Origin: Candidatus Pacearchaeota archaeon
GTDB taxonomy: Archaea > Nanobdellota > Nanobdellia > Pacearchaeales > UBA284
Reading direction: 5' to 3'
DNA: 64,000 bases
Assembly: GCA_026016245.1 (NCBI GenBank)
Contig: CP061211.1
Span: forward strand, 29,449 to 93,448
A model generated the notes under the pieces. The model was given only the letters and a program-made list of their open reading frames with translations, was not told where the DNA came from and did not search any database. The first letter of the stretch is position 1; each line of letters begins with the position of its first letter. Both the position numbers and the translations under genes were made by a program. Shown piece after piece: positions 19,983 through 29,097 of the stretch.

Positions 19983-20708
19983 ATGATTTCATTATCTAGA
20001 GAATGGATTTCTGTATCTAAAGCAATATATGGTCAAGAATTTATAGATGAATTAGCTGAATTTTTAAGACAACAAAAGGTTAAAATAATTCTTGAATGTG
20101 GTTGTGGTGGTGGGCATATTCTACATGGTCTTGTAAACAAAGGATTTTATGGTTTAGGAATTGATTCAAATAAGGAAATGATTAATCATGCATTAAGAAA
20201 TTATAAGAATCTAAATATAAAATATAAACAAATGAATTGGTTAAATATAGATGAATTAAAAGAAAATTTTGATGCAGTTATATGTCGAGGGAATAGCCTG
20301 GTTTTTGTGACTAGCTGGGAAAAGAAAAAACAAGATTTTGATCCAAACGTTGCAAAAGATTGTCTAGTTAAAAGTATAAATAAATTTTTTGAAAAAATTA
20401 GAGATGGTGGTTTACTCTATGTGGATACAATTTCTCAAATAGAAATCAATAATAATGGTGGGCCAATTGAATTTAAAACAGAAAAAATACAATTAAAAGG
20501 AAAAATAGAATACGATTGGAAGAGGAGAATAAGATATATTTATGGTGGTGGTAAAGTAAATGGGAAAGAATTTTATGGAAGTTCAACTAGTTATTTGATA
20601 ACACCGAAAGAACTAGAGGATATCATTAAGACTTTTAATCCCTCCGCTATTTGGACGCCAGAACTAGTGCATGAAAAAGATTATCATGTAATTTGTGCAA
20701 GAAAATAA
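19983..20708 (+). CDS. Class I SAM-dependent methyltransferase
   Basis: Motif I ILECGCGGG. Confidence 0.65.
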   Translation: MISLSREWISVSKAIYGQEFIDELAEFLRQQKVKIILECGCGGGHILHGLVNKGFYGLGIDSNKEMINHALRNYKNLNIKYKQMNWLNIDELKENFDAVICRGNSLVFVTSWEKKKQDFDPNVAKDCLVKSINKFFEKIRDGGLLYVDTISQIEINNNGGPIEFKTEKIQLKGKIEYDWKRRIRYIYGGGKVNGKEFYGSSTSYLITPKELEDIIKTFNPSAIWTPELVHEKDYHVICARK

Positions 20709-20781
20709 TAATAAAATAAAAAAATAGGAAAAGGAAAAATCCTCTTTCTTCTACCTCTTTTTTTGTTCTCAAGCAGCCTGT

Positions 20782-21600
20782 TTATCTTATTTTTATCTTA
20801 CTTAGTGGTTTCATTGTTGCCCAACTTGTCTGGAAGATCTGTCCTAGTGCGTTGGTAAAGAAAGGACTGTTAATCCATATTCCAACATCATAATTTGGAT
20901 GCACTTCCTCATCATCTAGGATCATAAACATCATCTCTTTGTTGTCCATAAATGCAAATCTTGCTTTGAACTTGCCATTTTTGATCTCTGCCACTTTGCT
21001 TAGGTCTTTGGCGACTTTGTAGTTCTTTGGGGTTATTGGTGCAGCTATCTGAATTTTTACACCTTTTTTCTTCGCTTTTTCCATTGCTGTCTTTAATGAT
21101 TCAAATTTTCTGTTTAAGCCATCTGCACTTGTCACGATTGTTACATTCTTGCTGGCATTCCTAATCATCATATCAAGATGATTGTAGATGTTATGCCTTC
21201 CTCTTATTGCTCCACTTAAGTCTGTAGGTTCAATGTATTTTATTCCGTTTGTGTAAAGATTACCTAGTTCAGAAAGAACATCGCTTTCTTTTAACTCATC
21301 CAATCTTTTTGATGTTGACTGTGCATTCCTCATAACATTCCTCTTAACTCTCTCCACTACTTCAGTTGGTTTTAGAGCCACGAACTTAATTGGTTTTCCT
21401 AGTTTTAGTACAACAAAACCTTTTTTTTCTAAAGATTCAAGAATGTCATATGTTCTACTTCTTGGAACACTGCTTATATCACTCAACTCACCTGCTGTGC
21501 TTACCCCTCTTGATAACAATGCAGTCCATACTTTTACTTCATAGAGATTCAAACCAAAAATCTTCCTAAGTCTGCTTAAAAACTCGTCCTTAACAATCAT
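20782..21600 (-). CDS. TrmB-family transcriptional regulator
   Basis: N-terminal winged HTH (LYEVKVWTALLSRGVSTAGELSDISSVPRSRTYDILESLEKKGFV). Confidence 0.65.
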   Translation of the reverse strand: MIVKDEFLSRLRKIFGLNLYEVKVWTALLSRGVSTAGELSDISSVPRSRTYDILESLEKKGFVVLKLGKPIKFVALKPTEVVERVKRNVMRNAQSTSKRLDELKESDVLSELGNLYTNGIKYIEPTDLSGAIRGRHNIYNHLDMMIRNASKNVTIVTSADGLNRKFESLKTAMEKAKKKGVKIQIAAPITPKNYKVAKDLSKVAEIKNGKFKARFAFMDNKEMMFMILDDEEVHPNYDVGIWINSPFFTNALGQIFQTSWATMKPLSKIKIR

Positions 21601-21674
21601 TTTATTTACTTATGTATAGTAAACTTATTGTTCTTAATATAAAGTAGTATTTAAAGTTTTCTGTGTTAATTCAC

Positions 21675-24524
21675 TTATTTTAAGACGCTGAAAGCTATCT
21701 TTATCGTCTGTTTTTTAATTTTAGTTTTATATCCATGTTTTTTCTTTTCTTTTACCTCTTTTCCTAGTGTAAGTTTTGAAGCATTAACCCTCTCCTTAAC
21801 AAAACTCTCAAATTTTTTGACATATTCTTGAATTTTTTTCTCGCAATCTATTGTCAAGGAAATTTTTTGTTCCTTTTTCAAGCCAGCTTTTTTTCTTGCT
21901 CCCTGAATAAATCTTGTTATTTCTCTGACATAGCCCTCTGCTTCAAGTTCAGAAGTAATTTTTGTATCCAGAGTTACTTCTAGAATTTTTTTCTCACCTA
22001 CTTTTTTCTTTATATTTATTTTTTTAATATTAGTTTGTTTTAGAATTACATTATTGAATTGCGGATTTAATTTTTGGTTTGTTTCTACTGTCAAATTTGC
22101 AAGAGGCCATCTGATACCCCTAGCTTTTTCAGATCTTGCTGCCAAAGTTTTTTCAATAATTTCCTGAGCTAAAGCAAAATCTTGTTCAAGCTTGCTATTC
22201 ATTATTTTTTTATTTTCTTTAGGCCAGGAATGAAGATGAATAGATTCTTCCTTTAGTTTGAATTTTGTTTTTAATTCCTGATATAGAGATTCTGTTATGA
22301 ATGGGCAGATTGGAGCAAGAAGTTTTAATAGCTCTGTATAAACATAATATATCACACTGAGTGTTTTTTCATTTTTTTCACTTATTTTGTCTCTTACAAA
22401 TTGGATATACCCCCTACTAAAATCATTAAGCCAGAAGTCTATCAGTGTTTTTGTTGCAGTGTGTGGATGTAAATTATCTAATTCTTGTGTCATTTTTTTT
22501 ATTATTGTATTTAATCTTGATAAAATCCACTTATCTTCTATGTTTTCTGTTTTTAATTGCTGTATTTTATTTGATTCTAAAACAAGCCTACTTATGTTCC
22601 AGAAAATATTTAATGCGCGACTGGAATCTTTTGTGCTGTTCCAGCCAAACCATAATTCTGCTGTAGGATCTTGCGAGCAGAATACAAGCCTTAAAGGATC
22701 TGCCCCAAGTTTTTCAAGAGCTTCCTTAGCCCAGATAGCATTTCCCAAAGATTTATGCATTTCTTTTCCTTTTTCATCTTTTAATGTTTCATAACCCATT
22801 ATTGATTTATAAGGAGTTTTTCCAGTCAAGGTCACAGATGCCCAGAATAATGCATTAAACCATCCACGGTACTGGCCAGGCATATTTTCACAGATAAAGT
22901 CTGGGGGGAACCACTTTTCCCACTCTTTCCGGTTTGTTAGATAACCTATTGTTGAGAAAGGAACTATGCCGGCATCTAACCAAGCGTCACCAACATCAGG
23001 AACTCTTTTCATTTCTCTACCACATTTAGGACATTTTAGAATCACATTATCAACCCATGGCCTATGTATTTCTTTTAACTGCTTTATTCCTTTTATTGCT
23101 TTCTTTTTTAATTCTTCTAAAGACCCTATAACCTCCAAAAAGTTGCATTTTTCACATTCCCAGAATGGAAGAGGCAAACCATAATATCTTTTTCTAGAGA
23201 TCAGCCAATCAGACATAGCATCAAACCAGTCTTCCTGCCTTTTCTTTCCATATTCAGGGAACCACTTAATTTTTTTATTCTCTTTTTTTAGTTTCTCTCT
23301 AATTTCATCAGCTTTGATATACCACTCATCCACAAGTCTAAAAACAAGTTCCTCTCCACACCTCCAGCAATGAGGATATCTATGAAAATAAGATTCAATC
23401 TTGTAGATAAAACCTCTTTTTTCCATATCTTTTAACACGAGTTTGTTTACTTCTGAATAAGATTTTCCACTAAAAGCTTGCCAGTTTTCTAGATAAACTC
23501 CTGCCTGGTCAAGAGGAGAGACTGCAGGAAGATTTTCTTTTTTTCCTAAATCATAATCCTCTGCTCCACAGCCAGGAGCAATGTGAACAATGCCCGTGCC
23601 TTCTTCTTCTGATGCAAGCCCCCAGGATAGCACAATGAAAGGTGACTTTGCTTTTTTTTGTTCAGGTAATTCAGAATAAGGCATTTCATATCTCATTCCT
23701 ACTAATTCTTTTCCTAGTTTTTCTTCTATAATCTTATAATCTTTTTTAAGAATATTCTCTACTTGGCTCTTGACTAGCCAGTATTTTTTCCCTTTATATT
23801 CTACTTTAGCATACATTAGGTTAGGATTGACTGCAATAGCAACATTTGCAGGAACTGTCCAGGGAGTTGTTGTGAATATTAAGAAGTATTTATCTTTCTT
23901 GCCTTTCACAGGAAATCTCATGAATAATGCTGTATGTTTAACTTCTTTATAGCCTGCTGTAACAATATCGTGTTTTGAACTTGCTGTACCACACCTAGGG
24001 CACCAAGGGACAGCATCCTTACCTTTATACAGCCAACCTTTCTTGTAATATTCTTTCAGAAGATGCCAATTATGCAGGTTATTTTCATCAGTATTTGTAT
24101 AGTAAGAATTATCCCAATCCATCCACTGCCCAAGTCTTATAGAATCCTCTGTCTGGAGTTTAGCAAATTTTCTTGTTCTAGCCTTGCATCTTTCTGCAAA
24201 TTTTAAAACTCCAAACTTCTCAATATCCTCTTTTCTCTTGAATCCGAGATCTTTTTCCTCCTCTCTTTCAATCCAAAGCCCTTGGCAATCAAATCCATTT
24301 TGGAATCTTTGGTCATAGCCCTGCATTGCCTTGAATCTCTGGAACAAGTCTTTGTAAGTTCTACCCCAAGCATGATGCACCCCCATCGGATTATTAGCTG
24401 TTATAGGGCCATCTAGAAAAGAAAATCTTTTATTACCTTTATTTTTCTGTCTAAGTTTTTCAAATATCTTCTTCTCTTTCCAAAACTTCAATATTTGTGG
24501 TTCTGTGGATATAGGATTGTACAT
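21675..24524 (-). CDS. ileS: Isoleucine--tRNA ligase, compact form (ValRS is the less likely alternative)
   Basis: N-terminal ILKFWKEKKIFEK. An FLDGP...HH.WG motif of the HIGH class. Also WCPRCGT, GTGIVHIAPGCGAEDY, HCWRCGEEL, RVPDVGDAWLDAG and KMHKSLGN. Confidence 0.65.
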   Translation of the reverse strand: MYNPISTEPQILKFWKEKKIFEKLRQKNKGNKRFSFLDGPITANNPMGVHHAWGRTYKDLFQRFKAMQGYDQRFQNGFDCQGLWIEREEEKDLGFKRKEDIEKFGVLKFAERCKARTRKFAKLQTEDSIRLGQWMDWDNSYYTNTDENNLHNWHLLKEYYKKGWLYKGKDAVPWCPRCGTASSKHDIVTAGYKEVKHTALFMRFPVKGKKDKYFLIFTTTPWTVPANVAIAVNPNLMYAKVEYKGKKYWLVKSQVENILKKDYKIIEEKLGKELVGMRYEMPYSELPEQKKAKSPFIVLSWGLASEEEGTGIVHIAPGCGAEDYDLGKKENLPAVSPLDQAGVYLENWQAFSGKSYSEVNKLVLKDMEKRGFIYKIESYFHRYPHCWRCGEELVFRLVDEWYIKADEIREKLKKENKKIKWFPEYGKKRQEDWFDAMSDWLISRKRYYGLPLPFWECEKCNFLEVIGSLEELKKKAIKGIKQLKEIHRPWVDNVILKCPKCGREMKRVPDVGDAWLDAGIVPFSTIGYLTNRKEWEKWFPPDFICENMPGQYRGWFNALFWASVTLTGKTPYKSIMGYETLKDEKGKEMHKSLGNAIWAKEALEKLGADPLRLVFCSQDPTAELWFGWNSTKDSSRALNIFWNISRLVLESNKIQQLKTENIEDKWILSRLNTIIKKMTQELDNLHPHTATKTLIDFWLNDFSRGYIQFVRDKISEKNEKTLSVIYYVYTELLKLLAPICPFITESLYQELKTKFKLKEESIHLHSWPKENKKIMNSKLEQDFALAQEIIEKTLAARSEKARGIRWPLANLTVETNQKLNPQFNNVILKQTNIKKINIKKKVGEKKILEVTLDTKITSELEAEGYVREITRFIQGARKKAGLKKEQKISLTIDCEKKIQEYVKKFESFVKERVNASKLTLGKEVKEKKKHGYKTKIKKQTIKIAFSVLK

Positions 24525-24594
24525 AATAATTCCATGGTTAAATATCTTTTAAACTTTTTTGTTAATAAAAAGAAAAAGAGAATATAAACATTAT

Positions 24595-24852
24595 TTACAT
24601 CAATTCCTCATCCTCTTCTTGGCCCCAGTCATCAAATTCTTCTTGCTCTTCCCCTACTTCATTACCAAATATACTTTCTTCTTTTTTAGCCCAAGGCTTA
24701 TCTGTTTCTTCAGATTCTTCAAGACTATCTTTTTTTTCCTTAAACCCTTTCTTTTCAACTTTAGCTACTTTTATTTTTCTCTTACTTGCTTTTGCTTTCT
24801 TTATCTTTGTTTTTCTTGCCTTTCTTGCTCTTGTTTTTTTCTTTCTTGGCAT
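24595..24852 (-). CDS. Small bipolar protein with a strongly basic N-terminal half and an acidic C-terminal half
   Basis: Starts MPRKKKTRARKARKTKIKKAKASKRKIK and ends EEQEEFDDWGQEEDEELM. Confidence 0.35.
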   Translation of the reverse strand: MPRKKKTRARKARKTKIKKAKASKRKIKVAKVEKKGFKEKKDSLEESEETDKPWAKKEESIFGNEVGEEQEEFDDWGQEEDEELM

Positions 24853-24988
24853 CTTACCTCTAAGAATTTAACTTAAAAAATAGTGAGAAAAGGTATTTAT
24901 AAATTTTACTATGGCTAATTTAATCATTATGAAAAGAAAAAAATAAATAAGTAAAAATAAATAAAATAAAAATTCAAATTAATTTCCC

Positions 24989-25483
24989 TTAACTTTTAGT
25001 GTTAAAAATTTCAGTTGGTGTTAGTAATGAGATCGCTGCTTTATCACTAACAATTTCCACTTTAATGATCTTATCTGGATTCTTTAGATCAACTTTCTGT
25101 TTGTCCACTACCTCTGTTAACTTGATGATTATGTCTTTAGGATATTTCTGAGTCACTTTTCTTTTTGCTAGATCCATCTTCCATTTCTCTTCTGGTTTTA
25201 TTCCTTCTTGTATTTTCTTTATACAATTCTGTATGTCTTCTAGAGATGAACCGCACCACTCATCAACAGGCCACCAGTAAAAAGTGTATTTGAATTTTGC
25301 TTTGTCAATGTTTGACAATGCCTTTATTACTTCTCTAGGATTGTCTGCTTCAAGCTCTGCTAATCCATCCTCTACTTTTTCTATTTTTAATCCCTTATCT
25401 ACCTCTTTTGCAATTGCCTCTATTTCTGCTTTTACAGATTCTTCATGTACAGGATCAAAAGTAACCAATAAATTTGACTCCAT
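24989..25483 (-). CDS. Hypothetical protein
   Basis: 164-aa ORF with no diagnostic motif. Confidence 0.3.
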   Translation of the reverse strand: MESNLLVTFDPVHEESVKAEIEAIAKEVDKGLKIEKVEDGLAELEADNPREVIKALSNIDKAKFKYTFYWWPVDEWCGSSLEDIQNCIKKIQEGIKPEEKWKMDLAKRKVTQKYPKDIIIKLTEVVDKQKVDLKNPDKIIKVEIVSDKAAISLLTPTEIFNTKS

Positions 25484-25530
25484 TTACACCTCCTATTCAG
25501 AAAAATAGAGAATGCTATAAATAACTTTCT

Positions 25531-26901
25531 GTGAGCAAAAGAGGAAATCGTTGTCACTTAAAAGTAGATAGTGAACGAAAACTTTATAAATACAAAAAGC
25601 ATTGGAAAAATATGACATTGGGACTTATACCTCTTATCTTACTTGCTGGTGGAAATGAACCAGAAGCAACAATTCCTGATACATGTTATGTTTGGGAAGA
25701 TATAACAAAAAAAGGAACTGTTGTGTGGGTAAAAGGATTCTATGGTTATGCTTTAGGCGAGAATCGTAAAGAATCTCTTGAAGAGGATTACCCAAGATGG
25801 ATCAATCCTTTCTTATTAACACATGGATATCCTGCTTTAGATGTAACTTATGATCTTATCATAGATTCTGAAAAAGCCATCAAATCAGAACACGATTATC
25901 AAAATGGTGTGAAATCCTACACCTTTCCTATGTGTCATGATGCTTTCATAAGAAGAGTAGTTGAGCCAGTAGAGCAAAAACTCATAGAAGAACCAAAAAA
26001 ACCAAAAATAAAACAAGATACTACATTTTTGCCACCAGTAGTATTACAAGACACTACTAAAGGACCAGATATTGTTATACAAGACACTATACCAGGACAA
26101 CCGATTATTGTACAAGATACTATAATATTAGAACCAGAAATATTGTCACTTCCTGAAGGCCCAAAAGGATTATTCGCGATGGATAAAAATTTTGGAAGTA
26201 TTGGTGTTTTTTACAGAGATGACAGAGAAAGAGATGAAAAATATTTGGCCATGAATCCAAAACTAAATTTCTTTATCCCTCTAGACAAGAATAAAGCAGA
26301 TATAGGATTAGGAGCTTATGTTTTAAATAATGAGAAGGGTGATGAGAATTTTATAGGTAAAGGTCGTGCTGGTATCCACACATCTTATGCAGGTGGTGGT
26401 GTTGAGATTTCAAGTGATATTGATGGAAGAGTTGATGTAGGACCTTATGCAGTTGTTGGAATTCCTCTACAATATGTAACTATTGGTGCAAAAGGAGAAG
26501 TAGGTATTAATGCTAATGAAAATATAAAGATGAGGCCTTCACTTGAAGGTTTTATTTTTTACAGAGCTCCTAGAGATAATTTCAGATTCAAATTGAGTGC
26601 GAGAAATGGTGTGGATCTTCTTAAAGGACATTATGTTAACAAAGCTAATCTTGATTTTATGATAGGCTCTTTACTTTTTGGTTTAGAAGGAAAAACAAAC
26701 AAGGGAGCAGAGATATGGCCTCATGAAGAAGTGGGAAATGTTATAAAGAGTATTGAAGGAAAAGCCTATATTGGCGGAAGATGGAAATTAGACAAAAATA
26801 CTGGTCTTTATCTAAAAGGCCATGTTTCAGGAAAACATGATAGAGATAGAACATTGAAGGCAGTTGAAGGTGGAATTGAATTAGGTTTAGATTTCTATTA
26901 A
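25531..26901 (+). CDS. Beta-rich secreted protein with tandem V(I/L)QDT repeats and an OMP-like C-terminus
   Basis: The likely start is MTLGLIPLILLAGG (about nt 25612), which gives a signal peptide. The tandem repeats read VVLQDT, IVIQDT, IIVQDT. The C-terminal half is Gly/Tyr-rich with alternating hydrophobic residues and ends GLDFY. Confidence 0.4.
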   Translation: MSKRGNRCHLKVDSERKLYKYKKHWKNMTLGLIPLILLAGGNEPEATIPDTCYVWEDITKKGTVVWVKGFYGYALGENRKESLEEDYPRWINPFLLTHGYPALDVTYDLIIDSEKAIKSEHDYQNGVKSYTFPMCHDAFIRRVVEPVEQKLIEEPKKPKIKQDTTFLPPVVLQDTTKGPDIVIQDTIPGQPIIVQDTIILEPEILSLPEGPKGLFAMDKNFGSIGVFYRDDRERDEKYLAMNPKLNFFIPLDKNKADIGLGAYVLNNEKGDENFIGKGRAGIHTSYAGGGVEISSDIDGRVDVGPYAVVGIPLQYVTIGAKGEVGINANENIKMRPSLEGFIFYRAPRDNFRFKLSARNGVDLLKGHYVNKANLDFMIGSLLFGLEGKTNKGAEIWPHEEVGNVIKSIEGKAYIGGRWKLDKNTGLYLKGHVSGKHDRDRTLKAVEGGIELGLDFY

Positions 26902-26931
26902 GATTTAGATTAAATTTAAAATTTTTTAGAA

Positions 26932-27048
26932 TTATTTAGCAGCCATTCTTCTCTGCTTTCTCTTTCTCTTTTCCCTCTTCATACGTTTTCTCTGCCATTT
27001 CCATCTCATCTGTTTCTTTTTTTTCCATCTTCTGCTTGATCTCTTCAT
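26932..27048 (-). CDS. rpl41e: Ribosomal protein eL41 (L41e). A 38-aa ORF below the ORF-track length cutoff.
   Basis: Minus-strand translation is MKRSSRRWKKKKQMRWKWQRKRMKREKRKRKQRRMAAK, which has the RRWKKK..MRWKW..KR character of the eL41 family. Its ATG overlaps the rpoL TGA stop (ATGA). Confidence 0.55.
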   Translation of the reverse strand: MKRSSRRWKKKKQMRWKWQRKRMKREKRKRKQRRMAAK

Positions 27049-27332
27049 TTTCTGAAAGCTTTCTTGAATTCTCTTGCTAATTCAGAATTAATTTTCTGAA
27101 TCTTGGCAATTGTGTCAGCAAGAATTTTTTTTGAATCTTTTCCAGATGTTTTTAAAACTAATCGGGGATTTTTAGTTGGGTGTTTTCTACTCCAGGCAGC
27201 AACTTCTGTGGCTTTATCTTTCCATAACATACTCCTAAGAAGTTCAGCCATTGTAAGATTATCTAATTCAATTTCAAGCTCATTCTTTTTGTATTTTATT
27301 AACTTGACTTCCATCTTTATTATAAAACTCAA
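27045..27332 (-). CDS. rpoL: DNA-directed RNA polymerase subunit L (Rpo11)
   Basis: NELEIELDNLTMAELLRSML...VAAWSRKHPTKNPRLVLKT matches the Rpb11/RpoL pattern. Confidence 0.65.
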   Translation of the reverse strand: MSFIIKMEVKLIKYKKNELEIELDNLTMAELLRSMLWKDKATEVAAWSRKHPTKNPRLVLKTSGKDSKKILADTIAKIQKINSELAREFKKAFRK

Positions 27333-27342
27333 GAAATCCTAT

Positions 27343-27978
27343 TTAAATTTTTTCCTCTTCCCGTATCTCCTTCATTACCTCTTCCCCCACTTCTTCTTTC
27401 TCTTCTGCTGGCTTTTCCTCTACTTTCTCTATTTCTTTATCTGTTCTTTTCATCCTTTCTAGCAAATCACGAATTCTCGTATGTTTTGTTGTTTCTATAT
27501 TAAAGTCTATGGTTTCTTCTTTTTTTTCTGCTGGCTCTCCTTTCTCTTCTTTTTCAAGGTGCTTTATAAATTCTTTTTCATCCAGAACTTTTTCTTTCTC
27601 TTTCTTTTCTTCTACCTCAGTTTCTGCCTTTTCTTTTTCTTCTTTCTCTTTAAGCAATCTTCTTCTTTCTTTCACTTTTTCATATCTCTTTCTAAGATCT
27701 TCAAGAGTTACTTTTGATGACGGTTTTTCTAATGGTTTTGGTTTAAATCCAGACATTTCTTCTAAAATTTCATGCACAGAACGTCTTGGAATATCTTCTT
27801 CCCTAACATCAAGTGGTTTTTTTATTAATATTACAGGATTTGCTATGACACATCTCTGACAGATTTTTTTAAGTTTGCCATCTATAACAGCACTAACAAG
27901 AACACCCCTATAGCCACATTCCTCACATTCCTCTTCCTTATTAATGTTCATAGATTTTATGGACTCAAACATAAACAC
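27343..27978 (-). CDS. Zn-ribbon protein with a long Lys/Glu-rich coiled tail
   Basis: CEECGY...CQRC ribbon near the N-terminus, then a KE-rich low-complexity region. Confidence 0.35.
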   Translation of the reverse strand: MFMFESIKSMNINKEEECEECGYRGVLVSAVIDGKLKKICQRCVIANPVILIKKPLDVREEDIPRRSVHEILEEMSGFKPKPLEKPSSKVTLEDLRKRYEKVKERRRLLKEKEEKEKAETEVEEKKEKEKVLDEKEFIKHLEKEEKGEPAEKKEETIDFNIETTKHTRIRDLLERMKRTDKEIEKVEEKPAEEKEEVGEEVMKEIREEEKI

Positions 27979-28035
27979 AATAATATTTTTAACTTTTAAT
28001 ATCTTACGGTTTTTTATTATAGAGTTACAATTATT

Positions 28036-29097
28036 ATGTTATCCATAATATTACCAACAAAAAATGAAGCAACAAATATTAGGAATCTTTTTAATAGAAT
28101 TTCTAGAATAAAGAAAAAGATTGGAGATTTTGAGATAATCCTTGTTGATAGTGATAGCAAGGATAACACTATCAAAGTAGCTAAAAATTTTAGTAGAGTT
28201 TATAAATTAAAAGTTCAAGTTTTTAATTCTGGTAAGAAGGATTTGAGTAATTCAGTTCTTGTTGGTTTAAAAAAAGCTAAAGGCAGTATTGTTTGTATAA
28301 TGGATTCTGATTTGCAGCATCCTCCAGAGATGATCCCTTTAATGATAAAGACCTTGAATAGAGAGAATGCTGATATCATAATTGCTTCAAGATTTGTTAA
28401 AGGTTCTAAACTTAGATTTGGACCCTGGAGAATCTTTGTTTCAAAGGTTTATTGTTTACTTGCACATTTATTTATTCCTAAATCTTTGTATATCAAGGAT
28501 CCTGCAACTGGCTTCTTTGTTTTCAGAAAAAAAATTCTGAAGAAAGCAAGATTAAGGCCTCTGGGTTTCAAAATTCTTCTAGAGATTCTGGCAAGAGCAA
28601 AATATGATAAAGTTATTGAGGTTCCTTTTTCATTTAAAGAAAGGAGAGAGGGAAAGAGCAAATTTAATTTCAAGCAGACTTTTATGGCTTTCAGGCATTT
28701 GCTTAGACTTGCCAAAAGTGGAAGAGAACATTATCGTTTCTTGAAATTCTGTGCTGTTGGAGCTAGTGGAATTGTAGTGAATGAAGGCCTGCTTTGGCTT
28801 TTGACAGAGTTCGCTGGCCTATTTTATCTTATATCTGGGGCTATTGCTATTGAATCTTCTATCTTATCTAATTTTATTTTGAATGATTTATGGACTTTTA
28901 GAAAAGAGAGAAAAGGAAAATACTTGAAAAGGCTCTTGAGGTTTAATGTAGCTAGAATTTTTGCATTGGGTATTAATTTTTCAGTCTTATTGGCTCTAAC
29001 TTCTTTAGGTGTGCACTATCTTATCTCTAATCTTTTTGGTATTGTTCTGGCTACCATGTTTACCTATCTCAGCAGTTTATGGTGGGTTTGGAAATGA
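28036..29097 (+). CDS. GT2 glycosyltransferase, dolichyl-phosphate sugar synthase-like, with a C-terminal GtrA-like TM domain
   Basis: Starts MLSIILPTKNEATNI. Catalytic-region motifs VDSDSKDNT and DSDLQHPP. The C-terminus has 3-4 TM helices. Confidence 0.7.
   Translation: MLSIILPTKNEATNIRNLFNRISRIKKKIGDFEIILVDSDSKDNTIKVAKNFSRVYKLKVQVFNSGKKDLSNSVLVGLKKAKGSIVCIMDSDLQHPPEMIPLMIKTLNRENADIIIASRFVKGSKLRFGPWRIFVSKVYCLLAHLFIPKSLYIKDPATGFFVFRKKILKKARLRPLGFKILLEILARAKYDKVIEVPFSFKERREGKSKFNFKQTFMAFRHLLRLAKSGREHYRFLKFCAVGASGIVVNEGLLWLLTEFAGLFYLISGAIAIESSILSNFILNDLWTFRKERKGKYLKRLLRFNVARIFALGINFSVLLALTSLGVHYLISNLFGIVLATMFTYLSSLWWVWK

Noticed and set aside
27103-27859. Three plus-strand F/L/S-rich ORFs
   Set aside because: Antisense to rpoL and to the Lys/Glu-rich 27343-27978 gene. 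Their composition mirrors the coding strand.
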